A stretch of 64,000 nucleotides of DNA from Nitrososphaeria archaeon (GTDB taxonomy: Archaea > Thermoproteota > Nitrososphaeria > JACIWG01), in contig JAOAKB010000005.1 of assembly GCA_026413865.1 (NCBI GenBank), positions 803-64,802 of the forward strand. Reading direction: 5' to 3'. Numbering within the stretch: position 1 is the stretch's first letter; each line of letters starts with the position of its first letter. The notes beneath the pieces were generated by a model. It saw only the letters and a list, made by a program, of their open reading frames with translations, made no database searches and was not told the origin of the DNA. The position numbers were made by a program, and so were the translations under genes. Below are positions 10,171 to 20,007 of the stretch, piece by piece.

Positions 10171-10716
10171 TTGACGGTCTTGTCTAAAAAAATATTTGTT
10201 ACAGGTGATCCTGGTGTTGGTAAAACTACTTTGATTAGTAAGGTTGTTTTTGAACTAAAGTCTAGGGGATATTCTGTCGGTGGTGTTATAACACGTGATG
10301 TTAGGGAAAGAGGTGTTCGTGTTGGTTTTGAAATTTTAAGTTTAAATGATAATGTTAGGGGTGTTTTGGCTTCTACAAAGTTTAGGAGTGGCCCGAAGGT
10401 TGGAAAATATTTTGTTAACTTGAATGATTTAAAGAATATTTTTGCAACATCCATTTTATATGCTATAGACTTCTCAGATATTGTGGTATGTGATGAAGTT
10501 GGGCCGATGGAGCTTTTGTCTCCTGAGGTTAGGAGGGCTGTTGAGGCTCTGCTCTCATGCAATAAGCCTGTTGTAGGCTCCGTTCATAAGAGGATGAGAG
10601 ATCCTATAATTGATAGGATATCTAGTTCTCCTGACATTAAAGTCTATGAAATAACATTTGAAAATAGGAATGTTTTACCAAAGGCTATTGTTGAAGAAAT
10701 TGTCTCATCAATTTAG
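10171..10716 (+). CDS. Nucleoside-triphosphatase, THEP1/COG1618 family
   Basis: 181 aa. Walker A GDPGVGKTT at the extreme N-terminus and Walker B-like VVCDEVGPME. Confidence 0.75.
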   Translation: MTVLSKKIFVTGDPGVGKTTLISKVVFELKSRGYSVGGVITRDVRERGVRVGFEILSLNDNVRGVLASTKFRSGPKVGKYFVNLNDLKNIFATSILYAIDFSDIVVCDEVGPMELLSPEVRRAVEALLSCNKPVVGSVHKRMRDPIIDRISSSPDIKVYEITFENRNVLPKAIVEEIVSSI

Positions 10717-10728
10717 TGTGATTTTTTC

Positions 10729-11391
10729 TTGGTCGAAATTATAGTTGGTGGTGTTGACGAAGCTGGTAGGGGTTCTCTTATTGGTCCCCTTGTTTTAGCC
10801 GGTGTTTCTATTCAAGCTTCTAGGATTCCTTCTCTTGTTGAGGCTGGTGTAAAAGATTCTAAGCTTCTTTCACCCTCTTCTAGAAGTAGGCTTTATGATG
10901 TCATTTTTGGTTTAGCTAAAAAGGTTTATGTTGTTGAAGTTTCTCCAAAGGAAATAGATGAATATGTTCTGCACGGTAAAAGATTACGTAAGCTAAATTA
11001 TCTTGAGGCTAAAATGATAGCCAAGGTTGTTCTAGAAATTGACGCTAACGTTGTTTATGTTGATTCTCCGGACATTATGTGTGAACGTTTTGCTAGCATT
11101 ATTAAGGAGCTTATAGGATCAAATATTAGTATTGTTGCAGAAAATTATGCTGATAAAAGGTATCCAATAGTTTCTGCTGCAAGTATTATTGCTAAAGTTA
11201 CTAGGGATAGGAGGATAAAGGAGCTGGAGCAAGTTTATGGGGAAATTGGAAGCGGTTACCCATCGGATCCTAGAACAAGAGCTTTTGTTAAAAGGTGGCT
11301 TGAAACTAAGGGTCCTTTACCTGATTTTGTTAGACTTTCATGGAAGTCTCTTAAGAAGATTTGTTCAAAAAGTTTAGATGATTTCAAATGA
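10729..11391 (+). CDS. rnhB: Ribonuclease HII
   Basis: GVDEAGRGSLIGPLVLAGV catalytic motif. 220 aa. Confidence 0.9.
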   Translation: MVEIIVGGVDEAGRGSLIGPLVLAGVSIQASRIPSLVEAGVKDSKLLSPSSRSRLYDVIFGLAKKVYVVEVSPKEIDEYVLHGKRLRKLNYLEAKMIAKVVLEIDANVVYVDSPDIMCERFASIIKELIGSNISIVAENYADKRYPIVSAASIIAKVTRDRRIKELEQVYGEIGSGYPSDPRTRAFVKRWLETKGPLPDFVRLSWKSLKKICSKSLDDFK

Positions 11392-12084
11392 TTAGAAAAG
11401 TTTCTTTGAAACTATTAGGGCATGGTCTTTATCGAATGGTGATAGCTCAATTTTCTGCAGTACCTCAAAACCACTTGACTTAAGCTTCTTCTCTTCTTCT
11501 TCAAAAATTTTAGTCGGCTCCTTCACTACATCAATACTTCTTGACTTAACAATAAGCATTAGTATTCCATCTTTTCTCAAAAACATTTTACAATTTTTTA
11601 TTGCTATCTCAGTCTGGTCTGGTTGTGCAATGTCACAGTATACTACGTCAACTTTACCAAATATTCCTACATAATTTTCTGGTTTTCTCGCATCCTCAAC
11701 TATAGTAATGATGTTTTTTCTAAACTTTGCACATCTGTCTATGAACTCGTTTGCCACTCTTGGAGAAAATTCTACTGCAAAAACTATTCCATTGTCTTTG
11801 ACTATGTCTGAAACATGGCTTACAGTTGTTCCAGTTGAAGCGCCCAAATAAAGTACTCTTGCTCCATCCTTGAATGGGAAAAAGTTTAAACCATTTATTA
11901 TTGCTGCAGCAAGCTTGCTTCTAAAGGGATCCCATAATCTATATTCTATATCACGTGATTGAATTACTTTTTCTCCATAAACTTTTTTACCTGGTACAAG
12001 ATTTAATGTAGCAATCCTTTCCTGTCCATTTTCAGTTATCCAGTAGACTCCACTAAAATTATTGTCTGTTCTTACCTGAACCAA
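11392..12084 (-). CDS. flpA: Fibrillarin (C/D box sRNP 2'-O-methyltransferase)
   Basis: LYLGASTGTTVSHVSDIV SAM motif. 230 aa. Immediately downstream of nop5, the conserved archaeal pair. Confidence 0.92.
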   Translation of the reverse strand: MVQVRTDNNFSGVYWITENGQERIATLNLVPGKKVYGEKVIQSRDIEYRLWDPFRSKLAAAIINGLNFFPFKDGARVLYLGASTGTTVSHVSDIVKDNGIVFAVEFSPRVANEFIDRCAKFRKNIITIVEDARKPENYVGIFGKVDVVYCDIAQPDQTEIAIKNCKMFLRKDGILMLIVKSRSIDVVKEPTKIFEEEEKKLKSSGFEVLQKIELSPFDKDHALIVSKKLF

Positions 12085-13231
12085 CTTTTTTCACCTTCTC
12101 CTTTTTACTTGTTCTCCTAATCTCTTTTATTCTCTCCATCAAATCTTTTTCTATGCTTGGATCAAGCTCCTTTCTGTAGAAGTCTACTCTTGCTGCAATA
12201 GCTATCTTTGATGCTAATGCTCTTGCAATCTTTCCTCTTTGCCATTTTGGTGAGCCATGAACTAATGAATGCTGGAATATTATTCCATGCTTTGGAGGCT
12301 TTGCTCCAGTCTTTAACGCCCTGAATATTGCTTTTTCAGCTCCTAAAATCTGAATTGTGCTTGATGGTAGTTTTGCAAGCTCCTCCAGTCCTCCTGCTTT
12401 TGCCATAAGTCTTGCTCCTATTGTTGGTCCAAGTATTTTGGTCAAGTTTGGTGCAATGTTTTCCATTATATTTTCTAGATAGTCAGTTATTTTTTCTTTA
12501 ATTTCACTTGTTTCTTTTACGAGGTTTGCTAGAGATTGTAGTCTTTCTATGTCTACTTCTCTAAAGTTTCCCCCTCTAGAATTTCTTGAAGCCTCCAATA
12601 TTGCTCTTCTTCTATTTTCTGAAAATTTTGAAATTGCAGGCATTTCCTCAAAAAGTCTTCTTCTGTCTCCTACTTCGCTAACAAACTTGCATAGTTCAAG
12701 TGGGTCGTCATAAAATTGTAGAATTTCTGGAAAGTGTATAGAATACCATTCCTTCACTCTTGTTCCAACAACATTTATCATCTTATCTAGTTCATCGATT
12801 GCTTGTATTGCCTGCATCGCTTGTAGGTCTAGTCTAGTTGACTCTTCCGCAATCTTTTCTCCTGAAAGTTTTAGAGTGAATTCTCTAATCTTTTGATATG
12901 CTTCTACCTCACTTTTTACAAAGCCTGAATCAAGGATTATTTCAATTTTTTTTGAAACTATTCTAGCTACCTCTTCTTCGGACAAAATCTCTACATTATT
13001 GATTTTTTCAAGAAATATTTTTCTTAGCTCAGGTGTCTGTACCTTCACTACCCTAACAGGCAAATTTTCTAACTTCTTTTTTAAAGCATTAACAAGTTTT
13101 TCCTCCTCTCCTCTCAAAAACTTGCGGTACTCTATTACTGGGTCTCTTGAATAATTTATTTTATCTATTGCCTTTAAGGTTTCGTCAAGTAAGTTTATTC
13201 CAAGCTCGTGAGCGTAAACTATTGCTTTCAA
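12059..13231 (-). CDS. nop5: Nop5 (Nop56/58) C/D box sRNP core protein
   Basis: Nop domain GARLMAKAGGLEELAKLPSSTIQILGAEKAIFRAL...PKHGIIFQH and a Lys-rich C-terminal tail. Confidence 0.9.
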   Translation of the reverse strand: MKAIVYAHELGINLLDETLKAIDKINYSRDPVIEYRKFLRGEEEKLVNALKKKLENLPVRVVKVQTPELRKIFLEKINNVEILSEEEVARIVSKKIEIILDSGFVKSEVEAYQKIREFTLKLSGEKIAEESTRLDLQAMQAIQAIDELDKMINVVGTRVKEWYSIHFPEILQFYDDPLELCKFVSEVGDRRRLFEEMPAISKFSENRRRAILEASRNSRGGNFREVDIERLQSLANLVKETSEIKEKITDYLENIMENIAPNLTKILGPTIGARLMAKAGGLEELAKLPSSTIQILGAEKAIFRALKTGAKPPKHGIIFQHSLVHGSPKWQRGKIARALASKIAIAARVDFYRKELDPSIEKDLMERIKEIRRTSKKEKVKKVGSGKNRQ

Positions 13232-13330
13232 AAGCTATTCACTCTTTAACACATACATTTTAATAGACTTGCTTATAAATTAAGCGAAAAGCTTTTTCCC
13301 AAAAAATTGCTTACCTTGGAATGTTGGAAA

Positions 13331-14242
13331 ATGAGCTTAAATTTGGAGATAGAATTGGCTGGTATTAGAATGGATAATCCTCTTATGCTTGCTTCAGGAA
13401 TTCTGGGAATTTGTCCTTCTTTGATCAGAAGGGTTGCAGCGGCTGGTGCAGGTGCTGTTGTCACAAAGTCTATTGGTTTAAATGCTAGGGAAGGTTTCCC
13501 AAATCCTACAGTCCATATCATAAAATATTATGGGCTTTTGAATGCGATGGGTCTTCCAAATCCTGGTGTAGACGAGGTTTTGAAAGAGTTTGAAGGCCAA
13601 AAGTTTAGTGTTCCAGTAATATACAGTATTTATGGCTCTTCACCTGAAGAATATTCTAATGTCGCTAAGAAGCTTTTAAAGCTTAATCCTGTAGCCTTTG
13701 AATTAAATCTCTCATGTCCCCATGTTAGGGAAGTGGGGTCGATGGTTGGCCAAGATCCTGAAATGGTTTACAAGGTTGTAAACTTGGTTAAATCTTCTGT
13801 AAACGTTCCAGTGTTTGCAAAATTGTCTCCTAATGTTACAGATATATTGGAAATTGCAAGTGCAGCTGTAAAAGCTGGTGTTGACGGTATTGTTGCAATA
13901 AATACTGTTAAGGCTATGGCTATCGATGTTGATTTAAGAAAACCTCTTTTGGGAAATATTTATGGTGGCCTTTCTGGGCCTGCAATAAAACCTATTGCAA
14001 TAAAAATTGTCTACGACCTTTTCGAAAACTTTAAGGTTCCAATTGTAGGTGTTGGAGGTGTATGTGATTGGAGGGATGCAGTAGAGTTTTTTCTTGCTGG
14101 GGCATGGGCTATACAAATAGGTTCTGGTATACTCTGGAGGGGTGTAAATATTTTTGGAGAGGTCTTAAATGGTTTAAGAAGGTACATGCTAGAAAATGGG
14201 TTTAAATGTGTTGAGGAAATGGTAGGTGCAGGTCACAGATGA
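13331..14242 (+). CDS. pyrD: Dihydroorotate dehydrogenase 1B, catalytic subunit
   Basis: LNLSCPH and GVGGV motifs. Followed by pyrK with a 4-nt overlap. ATG at 13331 preferred over the TTG at 13307 in the ORF track. Confidence 0.85.
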   Translation: MSLNLEIELAGIRMDNPLMLASGILGICPSLIRRVAAAGAGAVVTKSIGLNAREGFPNPTVHIIKYYGLLNAMGLPNPGVDEVLKEFEGQKFSVPVIYSIYGSSPEEYSNVAKKLLKLNPVAFELNLSCPHVREVGSMVGQDPEMVYKVVNLVKSSVNVPVFAKLSPNVTDILEIASAAVKAGVDGIVAINTVKAMAIDVDLRKPLLGNIYGGLSGPAIKPIAIKIVYDLFENFKVPIVGVGGVCDWRDAVEFFLAGAWAIQIGSGILWRGVNIFGEVLNGLRRYMLENGFKCVEEMVGAGHR

Positions 14243-15072
14243 ATTTTGAAGGTCAAAGATTAGAATATACTATAATGCGCAGAATATCTGTTCTGGATGT
14301 TAAAAGGTATGATGGACATTTTGCAATATTATACTTTAAAGATAGGTATGCTTATAGGTCCATTCCAGGCCAATATGTCATGATATGGGTTCCGGGATGT
14401 GATGAAATACCTCTTTCTGTTTCCCATGCTGAAGATGGTGTCTGCGCTGTTACTGTAAAAAATGTTGGTGAAGCTACATCAAGATTATGTAATTTTAATG
14501 TTGGTGAACAGCTTGGTATAAGGGGGCCATTTGGACGTGGTTTCAAGTGTATTGGTGTGAATCCCTTGATTGTTGCAGGTGGTGTTGGTGTTGCTGGGTT
14601 GCGTTTACTGCTCTATAAATTTATTAGAAAGTCAGTGGTTCCAACGCTTGTTGTTGGCACTAAAACATTCAAAGAAAATATATTTCATGAAGAGTTTTTG
14701 AAGCTTTCAAAGAATAATCTACTAGTCTATTATCCTGTAACAGAAGACGGCTCTCTAGGTGAAAGAGGTTTGGCTAGCGAAGTTGCTGAAAAGCTTATCT
14801 CTTTAAATGATTATGATCAAGTTTACTGTTGTGGTAACGAAAAAATGTTGTACAACATGTTTAATATTGTTTTGGATAAAAAATTTGGAGCCCAGTTTTC
14901 TCTTGAACGTTACATAAAATGTGCTGTCGGAATATGTGGACAGTGTGTTCTTGACGATGAAGGTCTACTAGTATGCAAGGATGGTCCTGTTTTCTCAAAA
15001 AATGTTCTTAGGCGAATAAAGGACTTTGGACACTTTTCAAGAAATTCTTCAGGCAAAAAGTTTCAAATATAG
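14239..15072 (+). CDS. pyrK: Dihydroorotate dehydrogenase electron-transfer subunit
   Basis: FAD/NAD-binding fold plus C-terminal 2Fe-2S motif CAVGICGQCV. Overlaps the pyrD stop. Confidence 0.8.
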   Translation: MNFEGQRLEYTIMRRISVLDVKRYDGHFAILYFKDRYAYRSIPGQYVMIWVPGCDEIPLSVSHAEDGVCAVTVKNVGEATSRLCNFNVGEQLGIRGPFGRGFKCIGVNPLIVAGGVGVAGLRLLLYKFIRKSVVPTLVVGTKTFKENIFHEEFLKLSKNNLLVYYPVTEDGSLGERGLASEVAEKLISLNDYDQVYCCGNEKMLYNMFNIVLDKKFGAQFSLERYIKCAVGICGQCVLDDEGLLVCKDGPVFSKNVLRRIKDFGHFSRNSSGKKFQI

Positions 15073-15134
15073 TTACCTCAGTTATGGAAAAAGATTTATT
15101 TATACAATTGCTAAAAAGTTAGTGGTGAAAAGCT

Positions 15135-15302
15135 ATGCCAACACATGGAAGCCTAACTAAGGCTGGTAAAGTAAGGTCTAAGACTCCCCCTCAAAAGAAG
15201 GAGCGTAAGCCTGCACCTATTCCAAAGGAAAGAAATAGGGGCAACTATGTTAAAAGGTTTATTTTGAAGAGGAAAAGCGGCCAAAATTGGATTCTACCAT
15301 AA
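15135..15302 (+). CDS. rps30e: 30S ribosomal protein eS30
   Basis: 55-aa ORF, below the ORF-track cutoff. My translation is MPTHGSLTKAGKVRSKTPPQKKERKPAPIPKERNRGNYVKRFILKRKSGQNWILP. HGSLTKAGKVR is the eS30 signature. GGTGA Shine-Dalgarno lies ~9 nt upstream. Confidence 0.75.
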   Translation: MPTHGSLTKAGKVRSKTPPQKKERKPAPIPKERNRGNYVKRFILKRKSGQNWILP

Positions 15303-15316
15303 CATAGTCTGGTCTA

Positions 15317-16921
15317 ATGAACTTAACAGGCTCAGACTATAGAAGGGCATGTGAAAAGATACTAGAGGAGATTATAAAAAAGCCTGTTAAGAATAAAAGG
15401 GAACTCTATCTTCTAAAGTCAAAATATGCCAAAGAATTCGGTCTATCTAAGGTTCCTAAAAACTCTGACATACTTTCTCTAGCATCAAGTGAATCTAGGA
15501 AGATTTTGCAATCTATACTCAAGATTAAGCCTGTTCGTTCAGCTTCTGGAATTGTAGTTATTGCTGTTATGAGTAGGCCTTATCCTTGTCCTCAAAGGGT
15601 ACCTTGCCTCTACTGTCCTGGTGGAGTTGCCTACGATTCTCCTCAAAGTTATACTGGTTTTGAGCCTGCTGCTTTAAGGGGTAGGGAGCATAATTATGAT
15701 CCATATTTACAGGTTAGAAGTAGGCTTGAGCAGCTTAAGTCTATAGGTCATAATGTTCAGAAGGCTGAAATTATAATAATGGGTGGCACATTCTTAAACC
15801 AGCCTATAGAATATCAGGAATATTTTGTTAAAGGCTGCTTTGATGGCCTAAATGGTAAAATTTCACAATCTCTTAATGAAGCCATAAAATTAAATGAGGT
15901 TGCTGAAGTGAGGAATGTTGGTTTAACTATTGAAACTAGGCCCGATTTCTGTAAAGAACCTCATGTAGACTTGATGCTAAAATATGGTGTGACAAGAGTT
16001 GAAATAGGGGTTCAAACTCTTTCTGACAGAATATACAGGATTGTAGAACGTGGTCATACTGTGCAAGATGTTGTAGATGCCTTTAGGATTGCAAAAGATG
16101 CTGGTTTAAAGATTGTAGCGCACATGATGCCAGGATTACCGGGTTCTTCTCCAGAGGAGGATATAGCATCTTTTAGAACTCTTTTTGAAGATGAAAGGTT
16201 TAAACCAGATATGCTAAAAATATATCCAACACTTGTAGTAAAAAACTCAAGACTCTATCAACTTTATCTTGAAGGAAAATACGTTCCATATTCGGAGGAA
16301 GTGTTTGTAGACATTGTCGCCAAAGCAATGGCTATGGCTCCACCTTGGCTTAGAATAATGCGTGTGCAAAGAGATATTCCAGCAAATCTAATAGTTGCTG
16401 GTGTTAGGAAGGGGAATTTAAGGGAGCTAGCGCACACTCGTCTTAAAGAACTTAGTTTATCATGTAAATGTATTCGATGCAGGGAAATCGGTTTACTTGA
16501 ATTAAAGAATGGGGAAAAGATGGAAGAGAACATAGTTTTACATAGGACCACATATAAGGCTTCTGAAGGAATAGAAGTGTTTCTATCTTTTGAAACAGTT
16601 GATAGGAAAGCACTCATAGGCTTTATTAGACTTAGAAAGCCTTCTGAAAAAGCTCATAGGATTGAAGTTAAAAATTCTGGTATAGTCAGAGAATTACATG
16701 TTTATGGTCAAGCACTTCCAATTGGCGTAAAGGCTGAAGAAAGCTGGCAGCATAGAGGGTATGGTAGAAGGCTTCTTGAAGAAGCTGAAAAAATTACTAG
16801 AGAAGAATTTGGATTGGACAAAATACTTGTGACAAGCGCTGTAGGTGTAAGAAAATATTATGAAAAATTCGGGTACTCGCTTATGGGCCCATACATGGGT
16901 AAAATACTGCGAATACTATAA
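15317..16921 (+). CDS. elp3: Elp3-type radical SAM / GNAT acetyltransferase (tRNA modification)
   Basis: Radical-SAM Cys cluster PCPQRVPCLYCPGG and C-terminal GNAT motif QHRGYGRRLLEEAE. 534 aa. Confidence 0.9.
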   Translation: MNLTGSDYRRACEKILEEIIKKPVKNKRELYLLKSKYAKEFGLSKVPKNSDILSLASSESRKILQSILKIKPVRSASGIVVIAVMSRPYPCPQRVPCLYCPGGVAYDSPQSYTGFEPAALRGREHNYDPYLQVRSRLEQLKSIGHNVQKAEIIIMGGTFLNQPIEYQEYFVKGCFDGLNGKISQSLNEAIKLNEVAEVRNVGLTIETRPDFCKEPHVDLMLKYGVTRVEIGVQTLSDRIYRIVERGHTVQDVVDAFRIAKDAGLKIVAHMMPGLPGSSPEEDIASFRTLFEDERFKPDMLKIYPTLVVKNSRLYQLYLEGKYVPYSEEVFVDIVAKAMAMAPPWLRIMRVQRDIPANLIVAGVRKGNLRELAHTRLKELSLSCKCIRCREIGLLELKNGEKMEENIVLHRTTYKASEGIEVFLSFETVDRKALIGFIRLRKPSEKAHRIEVKNSGIVRELHVYGQALPIGVKAEESWQHRGYGRRLLEEAEKITREEFGLDKILVTSAVGVRKYYEKFGYSLMGPYMGKILRIL

Positions 16922-17650
16922 TGGATTAATTTGAGCCTTCTCTAAAAACTCGTAGACAATACTCTCTATATAAACGCATGCTTCATTAAAGAATTCCTTA
17001 GCCTTTTGGATATCAAAGTCCGGTACATCTTTCTCTTCACGTTTTATCACAGATCCTACTGAAGGATACATCCAGACGCCATTTCTTTTTAAAATTTCTT
17101 GCCTACTATCATATAGTTTTCTATTAACAAGTTTCTCGTCTACAGCTAAAACGGCTGCTGTTTCTTCAGCAGCACCGTGTCCAGAGTTTACACCATAATA
17201 TTTTTTCACAATCTCATCACATGATATCCACCAGTCGATACATAGTACTCTTATCCTACTACTAGCATATGCTTTCTCAGCAGCCTCTTTTATACAATCT
17301 GTATTTCCACCGTGACCATTTATTACAATAATATTCAAAAATCCTGATTTAGCAAATCCTACAAAAATATCATATAAATAGTTTGTAAAAGAATTTTTTG
17401 TAACTGGTATGGAGCCAGGGTAGCAGCTTAAAGTTTGTGTGACGCCATAGTGGATTGGTGGTGCTATAAGTGCTCTAACTTTATCACTTAATCTTTTAGC
17501 AATCTCTAAAGGTAATAGAGTATCTGTGGAAAGGGGCAAATGTGGTCCATGTGCTTCTGTTGTTCCAACAGGCAATATTACAGTATTGTACCCTTTAGCA
17601 ATCTTTTCAGCAACCTCAACCCAGCTTTTTATATAATATTCTTCAACCAT
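16916..17650 (-). CDS. Creatininase-family amidohydrolase
   Basis: GTTEAHGPHLPLSTD motif characteristic of the creatininase family. 244 aa. Confidence 0.75.
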   Translation of the reverse strand: MVEEYYIKSWVEVAEKIAKGYNTVILPVGTTEAHGPHLPLSTDTLLPLEIAKRLSDKVRALIAPPIHYGVTQTLSCYPGSIPVTKNSFTNYLYDIFVGFAKSGFLNIIVINGHGGNTDCIKEAAEKAYASSRIRVLCIDWWISCDEIVKKYYGVNSGHGAAEETAAVLAVDEKLVNRKLYDSRQEILKRNGVWMYPSVGSVIKREEKDVPDFDIQKAKEFFNEACVYIESIVYEFLEKAQINPL

Positions 17651-17747
17651 AAATGTGCTCCCCTATTCTGTTTTATAAAATTTTGTTCTAAAATTATAGA
17701 ATATGGTATATAATGTTCTATAGTATATTAGATTATATTTTGTTTAA

Positions 17748-18983
17748 GTGTATATTTTTTTGACTGATATGCCTGAACTTAATGGTATAGTATTGGGTTA
17801 TGCAGATGGTCAAATTTTAGAGTTGGATATTGAAGATTTTGGACGTGTACTGATTGTTAGCGACTACCCAGAATCTTATACATTCTATCTCCTTGAAAGA
17901 CTATCATGTAAGTTTCTATTAGCCTTCTATAGTTTAAAGAATGTTTCTTCTAACGTTTTAAACAATTTTCATACTTTGAATTTGGAGCATCTGCTGCCTA
18001 ATCTTCTGGTATTTGATGGCTTGACTCACAACCTTTCTTCCAGAATTTTAGCTGAAGCTTTCAAACATTCTTTCAATCTTTCTGAAGAAGAATTTCTTCT
18101 ACTACATAATCTACTTTTATCTCTTTTAAAACAAAGTAGTAAACTTAATCTACTACATATTATAAGTAGTGTGAAATCTTTTTCTGGTAATGATTTGAGT
18201 TTTCTTGAAAAAAATGCTGCTTTAAAGCTAGAATGGCGTCTGCAGTTGATAGATGAACTTTTTCCATATATTATTGGAGGTAAAGATAGTATTGCTTATA
18301 ATGGAAATTTATGCTATAACCTTTCTCAAATAAATTCTCTTGAAGGAAAAATTTTAACTCTTCTGCTTCTGCTATCAAAAAATTTTCTATACGATAGGTC
18401 CAGGATACCATTAATCTTTTTAGGCCATTTTCCCGATTATGCTAAAGTTTATGTTGTAAAGTTTATCCAGTTTCTCCAAAATATTGTTGAACCTATTCCA
18501 ATCATATTATCTTGTAGAGAAAGTTTTCCATTAAAGTATTTGAATTTTTTTGACACATTAATTTTTGATAAAACTTTTCTAGAATTATGTGAAACTAATT
18601 TAAAAACATTTTGCCGTAAAAGCGGTTGTAAGGGGGAACTTTTTTATATAAGGGGAGATAATGCTATTCAATTTTTCTACGACTCGCCTAAACTAAACAC
18701 TTTTGAAGAAAGGTCTCTTGCTTCAAAGAAATTTGTTGAAGATCATGCTCTTGTACAAAGGATTCTTGAGGTTATTGCTAACTATCCTAATGTGACCAGG
18801 CAAGGTCTTGTACAATCTCTTTCAATAGACCATTCTTCTGAAGTTATAGAATATGTTTTGAATGAGTTGATTGAAAAAGGCTATGTTATTGTTGAGGTTG
18901 AAAAAAATAGAAGGGGCTTGTTTGCAAAGCTTTCAATTTCAATGGATGGTCGTGCTCTTTTGTCTAAAAAGAAGGGTGTTTAA
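17748..18983 (+). CDS. Hypothetical protein with C-terminal winged-helix domain
   Basis: 411-aa ORF. The last ~70 aa (VTRQGLVQSLSIDHSSEVIEYVLNELIEKGYVIVE) look MarR-like wHTH. The N-terminal ~330 aa match no family I recognise. 5 nt upstream of the next gene. Confidence 0.5.
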   Translation: MYIFLTDMPELNGIVLGYADGQILELDIEDFGRVLIVSDYPESYTFYLLERLSCKFLLAFYSLKNVSSNVLNNFHTLNLEHLLPNLLVFDGLTHNLSSRILAEAFKHSFNLSEEEFLLLHNLLLSLLKQSSKLNLLHIISSVKSFSGNDLSFLEKNAALKLEWRLQLIDELFPYIIGGKDSIAYNGNLCYNLSQINSLEGKILTLLLLLSKNFLYDRSRIPLIFLGHFPDYAKVYVVKFIQFLQNIVEPIPIILSCRESFPLKYLNFFDTLIFDKTFLELCETNLKTFCRKSGCKGELFYIRGDNAIQFFYDSPKLNTFEERSLASKKFVEDHALVQRILEVIANYPNVTRQGLVQSLSIDHSSEVIEYVLNELIEKGYVIVEVEKNRRGLFAKLSISMDGRALLSKKKGV

Positions 18984-18988
18984 GAAAA

Positions 18989-19990
18989 ATGAAAACCGGA
19001 TTAGAGGCTTTTGATGAAATTTTAGGGGGCGGTATTCCACAGGGGGTTCTTTTACAGGTTTTTGGTGAAAAGGCTGTTGGGAAAAGCATTTTTTCCTCCC
19101 AATTAGCGTATAAGAATCTTGAGCAGGGCGCCAATAGTCTAATAATAGATACTGAGCAAGGTTTCAAAAACACTATAGGTTCCTATTGGCATGAACGTTT
19201 TAAAAATAGGTTTAAACTAGATTGTGGTATACAGTATGTTAGTTTTAGAAGGTTTGCTTTAAGAGGTAGAGAAAGGAAGGTTTTTGACTCAGAGCTTAAG
19301 TCACTATTTGAAGCAGCCCTTTCTTCGATGAAGATAAACTATACGAGGGCTCAGTTGGAGCAGGCCTGCTGGCCTTTTCTTGAAGGTATTGAATTAGAGT
19401 ATACTGTCAATGATAAGCCAACCTTATATGTTATTGAGGCTCCTGCTCTACAAGATATTCTTGCATTTAATGGTGTAAGATGTGATATCCTAATAAGTGA
19501 GTCTGGGCGTGTTGAAATCAGGCTTCTTCCTGGAACAACGTTTAAAGTTTCTGAAAGTGTTCTTGGCAAGTTTGTTCAGGAAGCAAACATTTCACTTCTG
19601 GTTTATGATAGTATTTCTATGCCTCTTAAATCAACGTTTATTGGTACTCAAGATTTTCCTGGCCGTTCTTCTGCTACTGCACTGATTCTTGGCCAGACTC
19701 AGAAACTTTGCTCTGAACTTAAAATTTCTGTTATAGCATTGAACCATGTTACGGTGAATCCTATAACTGGCCAGAATAAGCCTTATGGTGGTCAAATTGT
19801 TGGCTATGATTTTAAGTTTAGTTTCATGCTAGAAAGGGCTTACTCTAGTATTGTTAATGATAAGACCATCGTCAATAGTGGTATCTTGAGTTCAGCTAAT
19901 AGGGTTCTAAGGGTTCATAGGCATCCTTCTATTCCAGAATATTCATTGTCTATTGCATTAAAATTGGGTGATGATGGCTTTTTCTGTTAG
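18989..19990 (+). CDS. RecA-superfamily ATPase (RadA paralogue / KaiC-like)
   Basis: TGLEAFDEILGGGIPQGVLLQVFGEKAVGKS (Walker A), Walker B LLVYDS, and ALNHVTVNP...KPYGGQIVGY typical of RadA/RadB-type proteins. Unusually long insert between Walker A and Walker B. Confidence 0.7.
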   Translation: MKTGLEAFDEILGGGIPQGVLLQVFGEKAVGKSIFSSQLAYKNLEQGANSLIIDTEQGFKNTIGSYWHERFKNRFKLDCGIQYVSFRRFALRGRERKVFDSELKSLFEAALSSMKINYTRAQLEQACWPFLEGIELEYTVNDKPTLYVIEAPALQDILAFNGVRCDILISESGRVEIRLLPGTTFKVSESVLGKFVQEANISLLVYDSISMPLKSTFIGTQDFPGRSSATALILGQTQKLCSELKISVIALNHVTVNPITGQNKPYGGQIVGYDFKFSFMLERAYSSIVNDKTIVNSGILSSANRVLRVHRHPSIPEYSLSIALKLGDDGFFC

Positions 19991-20007
19991 ATTATGTGGT
20001 TTAATTT

